Source: Acidobacteriota bacterium (GTDB taxonomy: Bacteria > Acidobacteriota > Vicinamibacteria > Vicinamibacterales > 2-12-FULL-66-21). Taken from it: 64,000 nt of DNA. A model generated the notes under the pieces. It ran no database searches and had not been told where the DNA came from. It worked only from the letters and a program-made list of their open reading frames with translations. The stretch covers positions 8,384-72,383 of the forward strand of contig JBKPCD010000144.1 of assembly GCA_046727175.1 (NCBI GenBank). Direction: 5' to 3'. A program made the translations under genes and the position numbers. Of the stretch, positions 1 through 9,180 are shown in pieces (within the stretch, counting starts at the first letter, position 1; the number at the start of each line of letters is the position of its first letter).

Positions 1-150
1 CGTGCTGCGTTGAAGACCCGAGCGGCGCGCGAGGTCTGCTCGCGACATCGGCTGATGTCTGCGGATGAAATTGAGCGCGATGCGCCGATTGATTTGACGT
101 GCGGTCTCGCTCGTCGCGAGCTGGAAATTCGTGAGGTCTATCTTCCGCAT
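1..150 (-). CDS. ROK-family transcriptional repressor (NagC/XylR-like), first 50 codons only; the gene runs off the left edge
   Basis: Reverse translation from 150 gives MRKIDLTNFQLATSETARQINRRIALNFIRRHQPMSRADLARRSGLQRST, a typical ROK-repressor winged-HTH N-terminus. It is divergent from the GH3-xylA pair. It is not in the ORF track because it is truncated. Confidence 0.6.
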   Translation of the reverse strand, partial: MRKIDLTNFQLATSETARQINRRIALNFIRRHQPMSRADLARRSGLQRST

Positions 151-388
151 TGACGTAGAAGCCCGAGTCGAGCCCTACATTTTAGCCGCGCCGGACGGCA
201 TTCGAGTGTTGTGACAACGTCCGCAGCGGTATTCCTGTATTGTTTTTGCCACGAACTATATGAGCCACTGTGGACGCTGTCAAGTTGGCCGGCTGGACTC
301 CCACACGGAATGTTCATATGCTTACGTCCCGCGCGTCGTCCAAGTTCAACGACCGAATTAAACACGGTCGCCCTCGAGACCAGCCGCC

Positions 389-2737
389 ATGCCGACTGTG
401 CTTCGCCGAATCGCCTCTGTCCTCGCGCTGACCTGGGTCGCGACGCTCGCCGCGCAACAGACTCCGACCTACCGCGATCCGACCCAGTCCGTGGACGAAC
501 GTGTCGCAGACCTCCTGTCGCGCATGACGATCGACGAGAAGGTCGCGCAGCTCGAGGGCATCTGGGTACGGAAGAATCAAATCCAGGACGGCGACGGGCG
601 CTTCAATCCATCGAAAGCCAAGGGGCTGCTCGGGAACGGCATCGGCCAGATCTCGCGACCGAGCGAAGCCGGCAACACGCCGACCGGACCTCGCGGACGC
701 AACGCCCGCGAGCACGCCGAGTACGTGAACGCGATTCAGAAGTGGCTCGTCGAGAACACGCGGCTTGGAATTCCAGCGATGTTCCACGAGGAGGCACTGC
801 ACGGGTTCGCCGCTCCCGGCGCGACACATTTCCCGGTGCCAATCGCGCTCGGCAGTACCTGGGACCCGTCGCTGGTGGAGCGTGTCATGAGCGTCGCGGC
901 CAGGGAAGCGCGGGCCCGCGGGTGTCAGGAGGTCCTGTCACCCGTCGTCGATCTCGCACGCGACGCTCGTTGGGGACGCATCGAGGAAACGTACGGTGAA
1001 GATCCGTACCTCGTGTCGCGGTTGGGTGTTGCCGCCGTTCGTGGCTATCAGGGGACCAGTCTGCCGCTTGCCAAGGACAAGGTGTTCGCCACACTCAAAC
1101 ACTTTGCCGGCCATGGATCGCACGAAGGCGGCATCAACACGGCGCCGGGACTGCTCCCGGAACGCCTGATGCGCGCCGAGCTGCTCGTCCCCTTCGAGGC
1201 GGCAATCAAGGAGGCCGGTGCCTTCTGTGTGATGCCGAGCTACAACGAGGTCGACGGCGTGCCGTCACACGCGAATCGCTGGCTGCTCGACGACGTTCTG
1301 CGACGCGAGTGGGGATTTCGAGGGCTCGTCGTCTCCGACTATTTCGCGATCGAGCAGCTCGTCAGCCGTCACCACGTAGCTGCGGACAAAAGTGATGCGG
1401 CGCGACAATCGCTCGATGCCGGCGTCGATATCGAGCTGCCAGACCCCGATGGCTTTCCTGCACTCGTCGGCCTGGTAAAGGATGGGACGGTTGCCGAATC
1501 GACTGTCGATCGCGCGGTCGGTCGCGTTCTTCGCGCGAAGCTTTTCGCAGGACTCTTCGAGAATCCTTACGTGAATGTGGATGAAGCTGAGCGCGTCACC
1601 AACACACAGGAACACCAGGCAGTCGCGCTCGAGGCGGCGCGAAAATCGATCGTGCTGCTCAAGAACGACAACAGCCTGCTGCCCCTCGATCGCGGGAAGC
1701 TGAAGACGCTGGCTGTGGTTGGTCCAAACGCCAGAGGCGTGCACCTTGGAGGCTACTCCCGAGACCCGGGTCGTGGCGTCGACGTGCTGACGGGGATCAC
1801 CGCGAAGGCTGGTTCGGCGGTGAAGGTGCTGCATGCGGAGGGCGTTCGCATCACCGAGCACGAGCCGAACTGGTCGCAGGACAAGGTCGTGATGGGCGAC
1901 CCTGCGCTCAATCGTCAGAGAATTGAAGAAGCGGTCAAGATCGCGCGGCAAGCCGACGCGGTCATTGTCGTCGTCGGGACGAACGAATCGACGTCCCGCG
2001 AGGCGTACGGCGACACTCACCTCGGCGATGCCGCCGACCTTTCCTTGACGAGCCAACAGGACGAGCTCGTCGGTGCGGTCGTCCAGACTGGCAAGCCGAC
2101 CATTGTCGTGCTGATCAACGGACGTCCCCTCGCCATTCCTCGAGTGGCCGAGCGCGTGCCCGCAATCATCGAAGCCTGGTATGTCGGACAGGAAGGAGGC
2201 ACGGCAGTCGGCGAGGTGCTGTTCGGGGACGTGAATCCAGGCGGCAAGCTGCCGGTCAGCATCCCGCGCCACGTCGGTCAGCTGCCCGTGTATTACAATC
2301 GTCGGCCCACGTCGTTCCGTTCGTATCTCGATCTCACGAGAGAGCCTCTCTGGTCGTTCGGGTACGGCCTGAGCTACACGACGTTCACACTCTCGACGCC
2401 GACGGTTACGCCGGCGTCGATCGGCCCCGCTGGGCGCGCGACGGTAACTGTCGACGTGACGAACACGGGCACCCGTGCGGGTGACGAGGTGGTGCAGCTC
2501 TACATCCGTGACGTGGTCAGCTCGGTGACCCGCCCGACGAAGGAGCTGCGCGGGTTCGAGCGTGTGACGCTTGCGCCTGGAGAGAACAAGACTGTGACTT
2601 TCCCGCTCGGTCCCGACGCACTGTTGCTCGTCAATCGCCAGCTTCAGCGTGTCGTCGAACCCGGCCGGTTCGACGTGATGGTCGGAACGAGCTCGACGAA
2701 GCTGACAACCGCAGCCCTCGAGGTGGTCGCGCGATGA
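389..2737 (+). CDS. bglX: Glycoside hydrolase family 3 beta-glucosidase/beta-xylosidase, secreted
   Basis: 782 aa with an N-terminal signal peptide ([12 protein letters not shown]). GH3 motifs: [59 protein letters not shown]. Fn3-like C-terminus: [20 protein letters not shown]. Confidence 0.9.
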   Translation: MPTVLRRIASVLALTWVATLAAQQTPTYRDPTQSVDERVADLLSRMTIDEKVAQLEGIWVRKNQIQDGDGRFNPSKAKGLLGNGIGQISRPSEAGNTPTGPRGRNAREHAEYVNAIQKWLVENTRLGIPAMFHEEALHGFAAPGATHFPVPIALGSTWDPSLVERVMSVAAREARARGCQEVLSPVVDLARDARWGRIEETYGEDPYLVSRLGVAAVRGYQGTSLPLAKDKVFATLKHFAGHGSHEGGINTAPGLLPERLMRAELLVPFEAAIKEAGAFCVMPSYNEVDGVPSHANRWLLDDVLRREWGFRGLVVSDYFAIEQLVSRHHVAADKSDAARQSLDAGVDIELPDPDGFPALVGLVKDGTVAESTVDRAVGRVLRAKLFAGLFENPYVNVDEAERVTNTQEHQAVALEAARKSIVLLKNDNSLLPLDRGKLKTLAVVGPNARGVHLGGYSRDPGRGVDVLTGITAKAGSAVKVLHAEGVRITEHEPNWSQDKVVMGDPALNRQRIEEAVKIARQADAVIVVVGTNESTSREAYGDTHLGDAADLSLTSQQDELVGAVVQTGKPTIVVLINGRPLAIPRVAERVPAIIEAWYVGQEGGTAVGEVLFGDVNPGGKLPVSIPRHVGQLPVYYNRRPTSFRSYLDLTREPLWSFGYGLSYTTFTLSTPTVTPASIGPAGRATVTVDVTNTGTRAGDEVVQLYIRDVVSSVTRPTKELRGFERVTLAPGENKTVTFPLGPDALLLVNRQLQRVVEPGRFDVMVGTSSTKLTTAALEVVAR

Positions 2738-3891
2738 CACTTGATCCTACGCCGGCAGACAAGTTCACCTTCGGCCTCTGGACGGTTGCCAATCGCGGAC
2801 GCGATCCGTTCGGCGAGTTCGTCCGGCCGCCGCTCGATCCCGTCGTCGCGGTCCAGCGGTTGAGCGAGCTCGGCGCGTGGGGCGTCAACTTTCACGACAA
2901 CGATCTCGTGCCAATCGATGCGTCCCCGTCGGAGCGCGATCGCATCGTCCGCGACTTCCGGCGCGCGCTGGAGACGCACGGCATGACCGTGCCGATGGCG
3001 ACCACGAACCTGTTCACCGATCCGGTGTTCAAGGATGGCGCGTTCACCTCGCACGACGCGCGCGTTCGTGCGTACGCGGTTCAGAAGACGATGCGGGCGA
3101 TGGATCTCGGCGTGGAGCTAGGCGCGCGTACGTACGTGTTCTGGGGTGGCCGCGAAGGCGCCGAAGTGGACGCGGGAAAGGACCCAATCGAGGCGATCAA
3201 AAGGTTCCGGGAGGCGATCGATTTCCTCTGCGAGTACGCTCGCGATCAGCAGTACGACCTGCGCTTCGCGCTCGAAGCCAAGCCGAACGAACCTCGTGGC
3301 GACATCTACTTTCCGACGACCGCCGCGTATCTCGGCTTCATCGAAACGCTGGCCCATCCCGAAATGGTGGGCGTCAACCCCGAAGTGGCTCATGAGCACA
3401 TGGTCGGGTTGAACTTCTATCACGTCGTCGCGCAGGCAATCGAAGCGGGCAAGCTCTTTCACATCGATCTCAACGACCAGAAGCCAGGTCGTTTCGATCA
3501 GGACTTGCGGTTCGGATCGGAGTCAATCAAGGCGCTCTTCTTCGTCGTCAAGCTGCTCGAGGAATCCGGCTACATCGGGCCGCGCCATTTCGATGCGCAC
3601 GCGTATCGGACGGAGAGCGTCGAGGGCGTCTGGGACTTCGCGCGCGGCTGCATGCGCACGTACCTGATCCTCAAGGAGAAGGCCAAGCAGTTCGCCGAGG
3701 ACAAGGAAATCCGCGCGCTGCTCAGCGAGATCCGTCGCGACGACGGTGACGCGGTCGTTGGATCGTACTCGCGCGAACGCGCAGAACAGCTGAAGGCTCG
3801 CGCATTCGACCGGGATGCCCTCGCCGGCCGGTCGCTGCCTTACGAACGTCTGGACCAGCGCGTCGTCGATTTGCTGTTAGGAGTACGTTGA
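2734..3891 (+). CDS. xylA: Xylose isomerase (class I, actinobacterial-type, 385 aa)
   Basis: Motifs [65 protein letters not shown]. The ATGA start/stop overlap with the GH3 gene suggests translational coupling. Confidence 0.95.
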   Translation: MTLDPTPADKFTFGLWTVANRGRDPFGEFVRPPLDPVVAVQRLSELGAWGVNFHDNDLVPIDASPSERDRIVRDFRRALETHGMTVPMATTNLFTDPVFKDGAFTSHDARVRAYAVQKTMRAMDLGVELGARTYVFWGGREGAEVDAGKDPIEAIKRFREAIDFLCEYARDQQYDLRFALEAKPNEPRGDIYFPTTAAYLGFIETLAHPEMVGVNPEVAHEHMVGLNFYHVVAQAIEAGKLFHIDLNDQKPGRFDQDLRFGSESIKALFFVVKLLEESGYIGPRHFDAHAYRTESVEGVWDFARGCMRTYLILKEKAKQFAEDKEIRALLSEIRRDDGDAVVGSYSRERAEQLKARAFDRDALAGRSLPYERLDQRVVDLLLGVR

Positions 3892-4128
3892 AGTTCCCTT
3901 TTCCCTTTCCCTTATCTTCTTTCGCTTATCTGCTTCACCGCCTTCACTACGCTCACAGAGAATCTTGTTTTCTCTTTTCTCCATTTCTCCTGTAAATCCT
4001 CTTCTCCCGCGCTCCTGTTCGCCGAATTATGCGCGAAGCATCTGCAGCAGATCCATCCGGCGTTGGATGACATATGCTCGGACTACGGATGCTGAAAACG
4101 CCAGCCTGGTTCCAAAATTCTCAGCCCA

Positions 4129-5556
4129 ATGCCCCGAAGCGCGAAGCTCCTCTTTGTTTCCGCCATGGCCGTCCTCCTCATGGCACAACGGCACGGGCCG
4201 TCGGTGCTGCCGCCGGATCCCGCAACAGATCTCGTCCGCACTCGCGCGTTTCTCACGACGACCGCCCCGACGCTCGATCTGTCAATCGACGGTGCGCTCC
4301 TCGGGAATGCGGTGTTCTCGATTCAGCGCGGCCTGTCGACAGTGCGATTCACCATCGATCGAAACACGATTCGGATGACGGGAAGCCAGCAAGGGGCGTC
4401 AACGGACGCCGTCATCGACATGATTCTCGCTCAGGTTCCGGCCGGGTCCACAATCGGCTGGACCCTTTCCGCCCCGCAATCCGCGAGCACTCGGCTCGAC
4501 GTGCGCAATGTCAACGCGTCCGAAGCGCCTGTCGACGTCTTTGACCTGAACGGTGCGGCAGGCCGCTACACGAGCCAGTCGGACCTGCTTCGTCGCAACG
4601 GTCCGATTGGACCGATCCGTGGCGTGAACAGCCGGCTGGTGCTCGCGTTTTTCTACCCATGGTGGGACCGCGCAGGGTGGGCGAGCCCGCTGTTCATCGA
4701 TGCACCACTACAACCGTACTCCACTGACGATCCTGCCGACCTCGCGCGGGTCATGAGTCAGGCGAAGAGCGCCGGGCTCGATGCGCTCGTCGTGTCGTGG
4801 GCGGGCAAAGACTACGCAGGAGGAATCGATCACCGGCGGATGCTGGCGTGCCTCACGGCGGCACAGACGGCCGGCACGAAGGTCGCCGCGCTCCTCGAAG
4901 CCACGGCCGCGAATCCGCAGCACGAGGACGGCGCCGCGGATCCCGATACCGTCTTCCGCTGGCTGGTGGACATCGTCGACAACTACGCGCCGCAGTCCGC
5001 CTATCTTCGCGTCGGCGGTCGTCCGGTCGTGATGGCGTACGCCGCGCAGCGCATGTCGCAGGCAGGATGGGCCGACGCCCTGAGTCGATTGCGTGCGAGC
5101 GGCCGAGACGTCCTGATGATCGGCGAGGGCATCAACGCGACGAGGCTCGGCGCGCTCGATGCGCTCTTTTACTATCCGTCGAACGACTTTCAGGGCGACA
5201 CGATTCGCGATTTCGATCGGACGCAAAGCGTCAGTGTTCGAACATATCACTTGCTACCCAACGACACCGGCATACGCAGGATCTGGGTCGCCACCGTCAG
5301 CCCCGGGTATGACGACACCCATCTGACGGATGGCCGCGTGCCGCGCGTCACCGACCGGGAGGGCGGCGCGTATTACGACCGTCAGTGGCAGGCCGCAATC
5401 GACCTGCGAGCCGACTGGATTGTAGTGACGACGTGGAACGAGTGGCTCGAGAACACCGAGATCGAGCCGAGCGTCCGGTACGGGGATCTGTATCTGACGA
5501 AGACGCGCACCTGGGCGGCCAAGTTTCATGAAAACCACGCGGTGGCGCGCCCGTAA
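4129..5556 (+). CDS. Secreted protein with a C-terminal GH99-like glycoside hydrolase domain
   Basis: Signal-peptide-like N-terminus. The C-terminal half has VLAFFYPWW, LVVSWAG, TVSPGYDDTH and VVTTWNEWLENTEIEPS, which resemble GH99-like domains. The N-terminal ~170 aa are unassigned. Confidence 0.5.
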   Translation: MPRSAKLLFVSAMAVLLMAQRHGPSVLPPDPATDLVRTRAFLTTTAPTLDLSIDGALLGNAVFSIQRGLSTVRFTIDRNTIRMTGSQQGASTDAVIDMILAQVPAGSTIGWTLSAPQSASTRLDVRNVNASEAPVDVFDLNGAAGRYTSQSDLLRRNGPIGPIRGVNSRLVLAFFYPWWDRAGWASPLFIDAPLQPYSTDDPADLARVMSQAKSAGLDALVVSWAGKDYAGGIDHRRMLACLTAAQTAGTKVAALLEATAANPQHEDGAADPDTVFRWLVDIVDNYAPQSAYLRVGGRPVVMAYAAQRMSQAGWADALSRLRASGRDVLMIGEGINATRLGALDALFYYPSNDFQGDTIRDFDRTQSVSVRTYHLLPNDTGIRRIWVATVSPGYDDTHLTDGRVPRVTDREGGAYYDRQWQAAIDLRADWIVVTTWNEWLENTEIEPSVRYGDLYLTKTRTWAAKFHENHAVARP

Positions 5557-5671
5557 TGGAAAGTGGAAAGTGGAAAGGGAAAAGGGAAAAGGGATAAGGG
5601 AAAAAAGGACCCAGTCTTCGCCGTTTGCCTTTTTCCTTTTCCTTGGCCCTTGTCCCTTGTCCCTTGTCCCC
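5557..5671. repeat. Purine/pyrimidine microsatellite hairpin filling the whole convergent spacer
   Basis: The left arm 5557-5608 is built of GGAAAGT/GGGAAAA/GGGATAA units. Loop 5609-5627. The right arm 5628-5671 is built of CCTTTTT/CCCTTGT units complementary to the left arm. Confidence 0.9.
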
Positions 5672-8140
5672 CTACTCGTACCTCAGCGCCAGAATCGGAT
5701 CGACGCGGCTCGCTCGGCGGGCGGGCAGCCAGACGGCCAGCAACGCGACGGCGGCGAGCACGAGGGGGACCGCTGTGAACACCAGCGGATCCCGCGGGGT
5801 GACGCCGAAGAGCAGCGTCGCCATCAGTCGTGTCAGCCCAAAAGCTGATGCGAGTCCGATCGCGACTCCGACGAGCGTCAACCGGAGGCCCTGCCACACG
5901 ACCATGTTCTTCACCTGACTCGCGTCGGCGCCGAGCGCGAGGCGAATACCGAGCTCCGGCGTGCGCTGCGCGACCGAGTACGCCATCAGCCCGTAGATGC
6001 CAATCGCGGCCAGCAGCAGCGCAGCACTGCCGAACACGGTCATGAGCCACATGTAGAAGCGGTCGCGCGATGTCGACAGCGAGACCACTTCGCTCATCGG
6101 GCGAACATCGGTGACGGGCACACCGGTCGCCTGGCGCAACCGTTCCTGGATGGCGGCGCTGAACGCATGCGGTTCGCCGCGTGTTCGGATCACCCAGGCC
6201 ATCGGCGTCAAACGCACGTTCAAGGCGTTCGCGGCGTCGGGCACCTGCGCCTGCGGTATGTACATCGTCGGCTGCGGATCGCTGTTGAGACCACCATCCC
6301 GGATGTCGCTCACCACACCGATGATGTGGCGCTCGGGCTCGTCCTTGAACTCGCGCATCGGTCCCCGTCCGATCGCAAGTCGATCGTTGAGCGGATCGCT
6401 GTTCGGCCAATACCGGCGCGCCATGGATTCGTTGATGATCACTACGGCCGGTGACTGGCCGGTATCCCGATCGGTGAAGGTGCGTCCTCGCTTGACGGCG
6501 ATTCTGAAGACTTCGAAGTATCCGGGCGAAACTGTCAGCCAGCCGCCTCCACCGTGCGAGGGACCCTCGAGAGGACGGCCAACAATGATGAACGGAAGGC
6601 CGTAACCGCCTTCGAGCGGAACACAACACGCCGCGCTCGCCAGCTCGACGCCGGGCACCGCACGAAGCTGCTCTACGCCTTGGCGAATGAGCTGATCGAC
6701 GCCCTCCGATTTCGAAAACTGAGGTCCCGTCAACGACATCTTCATCGTCAGTACGTTCTGAACGTCGAACCCCGGATCTACGGCGCGCAGCGCTATCGAC
6801 GTGCGGATGAGCAATGCCGATCCGACCAGCAGAATGACGGCGAGCGCCACTTCGCTGACCACCAGCAGTGCGCGCGTCTTGTTCTGCCGCACACCAGCAC
6901 CCGAGCGTGCGCCGCTGTTCTTCAGCGTGGCGCTCACGTCGGTGCGCGAGCCGTGCAACGCGGGAATCAGCCCGAACAGGATTCCCGTTCCTGCCGACAC
7001 AATCGTCGTGAACGCGACAACACGCCAATCAAGGCCAACCAGCGACCCGTCCCGGCCGACGCGCGGCAAACCGGCCATGTTGATCGCCAGCAGTGCGCGT
7101 ATGCCGATGGTGCCGAGAAACAGACCGACTGCGCCTCCGGTCGCCGAGAGCACGACGCTCTCGGTCAGCATTTGACGAATGATTCGGCCGCGTCCGGCGC
7201 CGATTGCCGAGCGAACGGCAATCTCCCGCCGCCGACTCGTCGCGCGCACGAGAAGCAAGTTGGCGACGTTTGCGCACGCAATGAGCAGAACGAAGCTGAC
7301 TGCGCCCACGAGCACGAGCAGGGACGACCGCACGTTGCTGACGATCGCCTGCTGAAGGGGCTGCACGGTAAAGCTGCGGTTCGGCCCAATCGCGTTGGGA
7401 AACTTCTGCCGGAATTCAGCTCCGGACAGCTGGAGACGCGCCTTCGCCTGATCGAGGGATACCCGAGGCTTCAGACGGCCCATCACTCTGAAGTAGTGCA
7501 GCTGATTGTTGGTATTCGGGTCGAGTTGAAACGGCACCCAGACGTCCGGTGGCTGGCCGAACTCCTGAACGTCGAACGCCTCTCCGAGCACGCCGATGAC
7601 AACGTACGGATCGCCACTGAGCACGAGCGTCTTGCCAATCACGGCGGGATCGCGGTCGAAGCGCCGCGTCCAGACCCGGTAGCCGAGCACAGCGACTTTG
7701 TCGCCATTGGGACGATCCTCGTCGGCGTTGAACGTGCGGCCGAGAACGACAGGCGCGCCGAGCAGGCGAAAGTAATCGGCAGACACCTGCCCGGATCGCA
7801 GCTGCTCGGGAACCGCGCCTGCGGTGTAGTTGACCACGCCCATTCGGAATGCCGAGACGTCCTGAGCGACATCGGCCTGCTGGCGATAGTGCTGAAACTT
7901 CGCGGGCGACGCCGCCGATCCCGTGCCTTGCGGCGAGCTGTTCAGGAACATCACGATGCGATCGGGATCGGGAAACGGCATTGGCTTCAACATGACCGCA
8001 TTCACAACCGAGAAGATGGCTGTGTTGGCGCCGATGCCGAGTGCCAGTGCGGCCACGGCGGCAGCGGTGAACCCGGGACTCTGGCGGAACATCCGAAGAG
8101 AGTGCTTCAGATCGCGGAAGAAGCCTTCAAGAGAGGTCAT
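5672..8140 (-). CDS. ADOP-family duplicated orphan permease (MacB-like, two FtsX halves)
   Basis: ~822 aa from the internal ATG at 8140 (MTSLEGFFRDLKHSLRMFRQSPGFTAAAV), the canonical ADOP N-terminus. Two MacB_PCD/FtsX modules. The track ORF extends to 8296 across a repeat element, which I reject. Confidence 0.85.
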   Translation of the reverse strand: MTSLEGFFRDLKHSLRMFRQSPGFTAAAVAALALGIGANTAIFSVVNAVMLKPMPFPDPDRIVMFLNSSPQGTGSAASPAKFQHYRQQADVAQDVSAFRMGVVNYTAGAVPEQLRSGQVSADYFRLLGAPVVLGRTFNADEDRPNGDKVAVLGYRVWTRRFDRDPAVIGKTLVLSGDPYVVIGVLGEAFDVQEFGQPPDVWVPFQLDPNTNNQLHYFRVMGRLKPRVSLDQAKARLQLSGAEFRQKFPNAIGPNRSFTVQPLQQAIVSNVRSSLLVLVGAVSFVLLIACANVANLLLVRATSRRREIAVRSAIGAGRGRIIRQMLTESVVLSATGGAVGLFLGTIGIRALLAINMAGLPRVGRDGSLVGLDWRVVAFTTIVSAGTGILFGLIPALHGSRTDVSATLKNSGARSGAGVRQNKTRALLVVSEVALAVILLVGSALLIRTSIALRAVDPGFDVQNVLTMKMSLTGPQFSKSEGVDQLIRQGVEQLRAVPGVELASAACCVPLEGGYGLPFIIVGRPLEGPSHGGGGWLTVSPGYFEVFRIAVKRGRTFTDRDTGQSPAVVIINESMARRYWPNSDPLNDRLAIGRGPMREFKDEPERHIIGVVSDIRDGGLNSDPQPTMYIPQAQVPDAANALNVRLTPMAWVIRTRGEPHAFSAAIQERLRQATGVPVTDVRPMSEVVSLSTSRDRFYMWLMTVFGSAALLLAAIGIYGLMAYSVAQRTPELGIRLALGADASQVKNMVVWQGLRLTLVGVAIGLASAFGLTRLMATLLFGVTPRDPLVFTAVPLVLAAVALLAVWLPARRASRVDPILALRYE

Positions 8141-8223
8141 GGTGGTTGGACGTGAACGGCGCGGAAGAAGTTGAATAGGTTCTGAGGCCTGGCCGAGATA
8201 GCGCAGACGAGCACCGTTTCCAG

Positions 8224-8379
8224 CAGGATGCTGAAAAACGCATCCTGCGTGAGGTTCCCGGTTCACAGGTTCCCAGTTCCCGGTTTTGGTTCTCATTACG
8301 GCGCAGAACCAGCACTTTCGAACCGGGAACCGGGAACGGGGAACCGGTGAACCTCGCTGGCCGCGGTTTTTCAGCGGCC
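8224..8379. repeat. Three-hairpin modular intergenic element (conserved termini, GGAACC-type core)
   Basis: 5' module CAGGATGCTGAAAAACGCATCCTG (8224-8247). Core arms 8251-8292 (GGTTCCC units) and 8320-8355 (GGGAACC units). 3' module GGCCGCGGTTTTTCAGCGGCC (8359-8379). The terminal loops TGAAAAAC and GTTTTTCA are reverse complements. Confidence 0.9.
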
Positions 8380-8387
8380 CGTTAGGG

Positions 8388-9026
8388 TTAGAAGATTCCT
8401 ACCATCAACCCTGTTTTGATGTTGATAACGTCCGCCCGTAGGCGGCGCTCCCTGGATTCCGTGGCGGTCCTGATCTCCAACGTCGTCCGAGCAATCTCGT
8501 AGTCGGTCCCCACGAACACGCCTATTCTCGGACGGAGATCGTACGTGAGCCGAACTCCGGGTTTGACGACCCACGTGTTCTTCGCATCGACGCCGACCAC
8601 TGGCACCCCGACCAGCTGAGAGAACTTCTCAAGTTCCTCCTCTTCGACTTTCACCTTGACCCAGGCGGGACCTGTGACAATGCCGAAGTGCGTCTGGATT
8701 TTCCCGCGAACGATGCGATACGACACGCCCCCGAGGAGCGGCCGCACATTGAGGTGTCCGTCGAGCGGACCCGACAGATCGACGCTGTACCATCCAAATC
8801 CGAAGTCAGGTCCCCAACCACTATGTTGGGCGGGACGACTCAACCGATACGCAACGCCGTACCCGATGGAATTATCGAGCTCGCTGTTGACCGGGAAATG
8901 AAACGAGACCTGGCCGCCGACCGCAAATCGCCCCTCGCTCTGTGCAGCAGTGGTCGCCGGCGTGAACGCCAGAACGGCTAACGCGAGAACCGTACACAAA
9001 AATGCCTTCGAGGCTGGCTGAATCAT
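8388..9026 (-). CDS. Outer-membrane beta-barrel protein (small porin/OmpW-like)
   Basis: Start taken at MIQPASKAFLCTVLALAVLAFTPATTAAQ (Sec signal). Alternating beta-strand pattern and a C-terminal aromatic residue (GLMVGIF). Confidence 0.65.
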   Translation of the reverse strand: MIQPASKAFLCTVLALAVLAFTPATTAAQSEGRFAVGGQVSFHFPVNSELDNSIGYGVAYRLSRPAQHSGWGPDFGFGWYSVDLSGPLDGHLNVRPLLGGVSYRIVRGKIQTHFGIVTGPAWVKVKVEEEELEKFSQLVGVPVVGVDAKNTWVVKPGVRLTYDLRPRIGVFVGTDYEIARTTLEIRTATESRERRLRADVINIKTGLMVGIF

Positions 9027-9180
9027 GGCGAATTGAATCCTCTCGTGATCGGGGTACGGGCGACAGCGACGCGATGAGCCGCGCGAGTTGAATTTTAGGC
9101 CGAATTGGCGTTTGAGCGGCAGGCCAATGATTGCCGATTTCAATTACGTGTCCACGAATCGCTCATGTCGGAATGACCGG

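Noticed and set aside
350-370. CGACCG-N9-CGGTCG as a XylR/ROK operator.
   Set aside because: The arms are only 6 bp and there is no second copy in the window to compare. It is kept as a note under the xylose-locus finding.
1265-2740. A long antisense ORF (491 aa) opposite the GH3 gene. There are many similar ones: 5526-7028, 6554-8155, 13286-15028, 16671-18338, 24516-25682, 27045-27875, 28971-30311, 29998-31785, 33013-34167, 34780-35934, 37222-38583, 45683-46903.
   Set aside because: These are typical GC-rich shadow ORFs. They are Arg/Ala/Pro/Gly-dominated, have no recognisable motifs, and completely overlap well-supported genes on the other strand or in another frame.
8141-8296. N-terminal extensions of track ORFs. 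Examples are 5672-8296, 8388-9143, 9181-11088, 30325-31953, 40561-42849, 52286-53653, 58067-59269 and 60460-61596.
   Set aside because: The extensions run through repeat elements or neighbouring genes. Internal ATG/GTG starts give canonical family N-termini or signal peptides, often with a Shine-Dalgarno sequence or a stop/start overlap.
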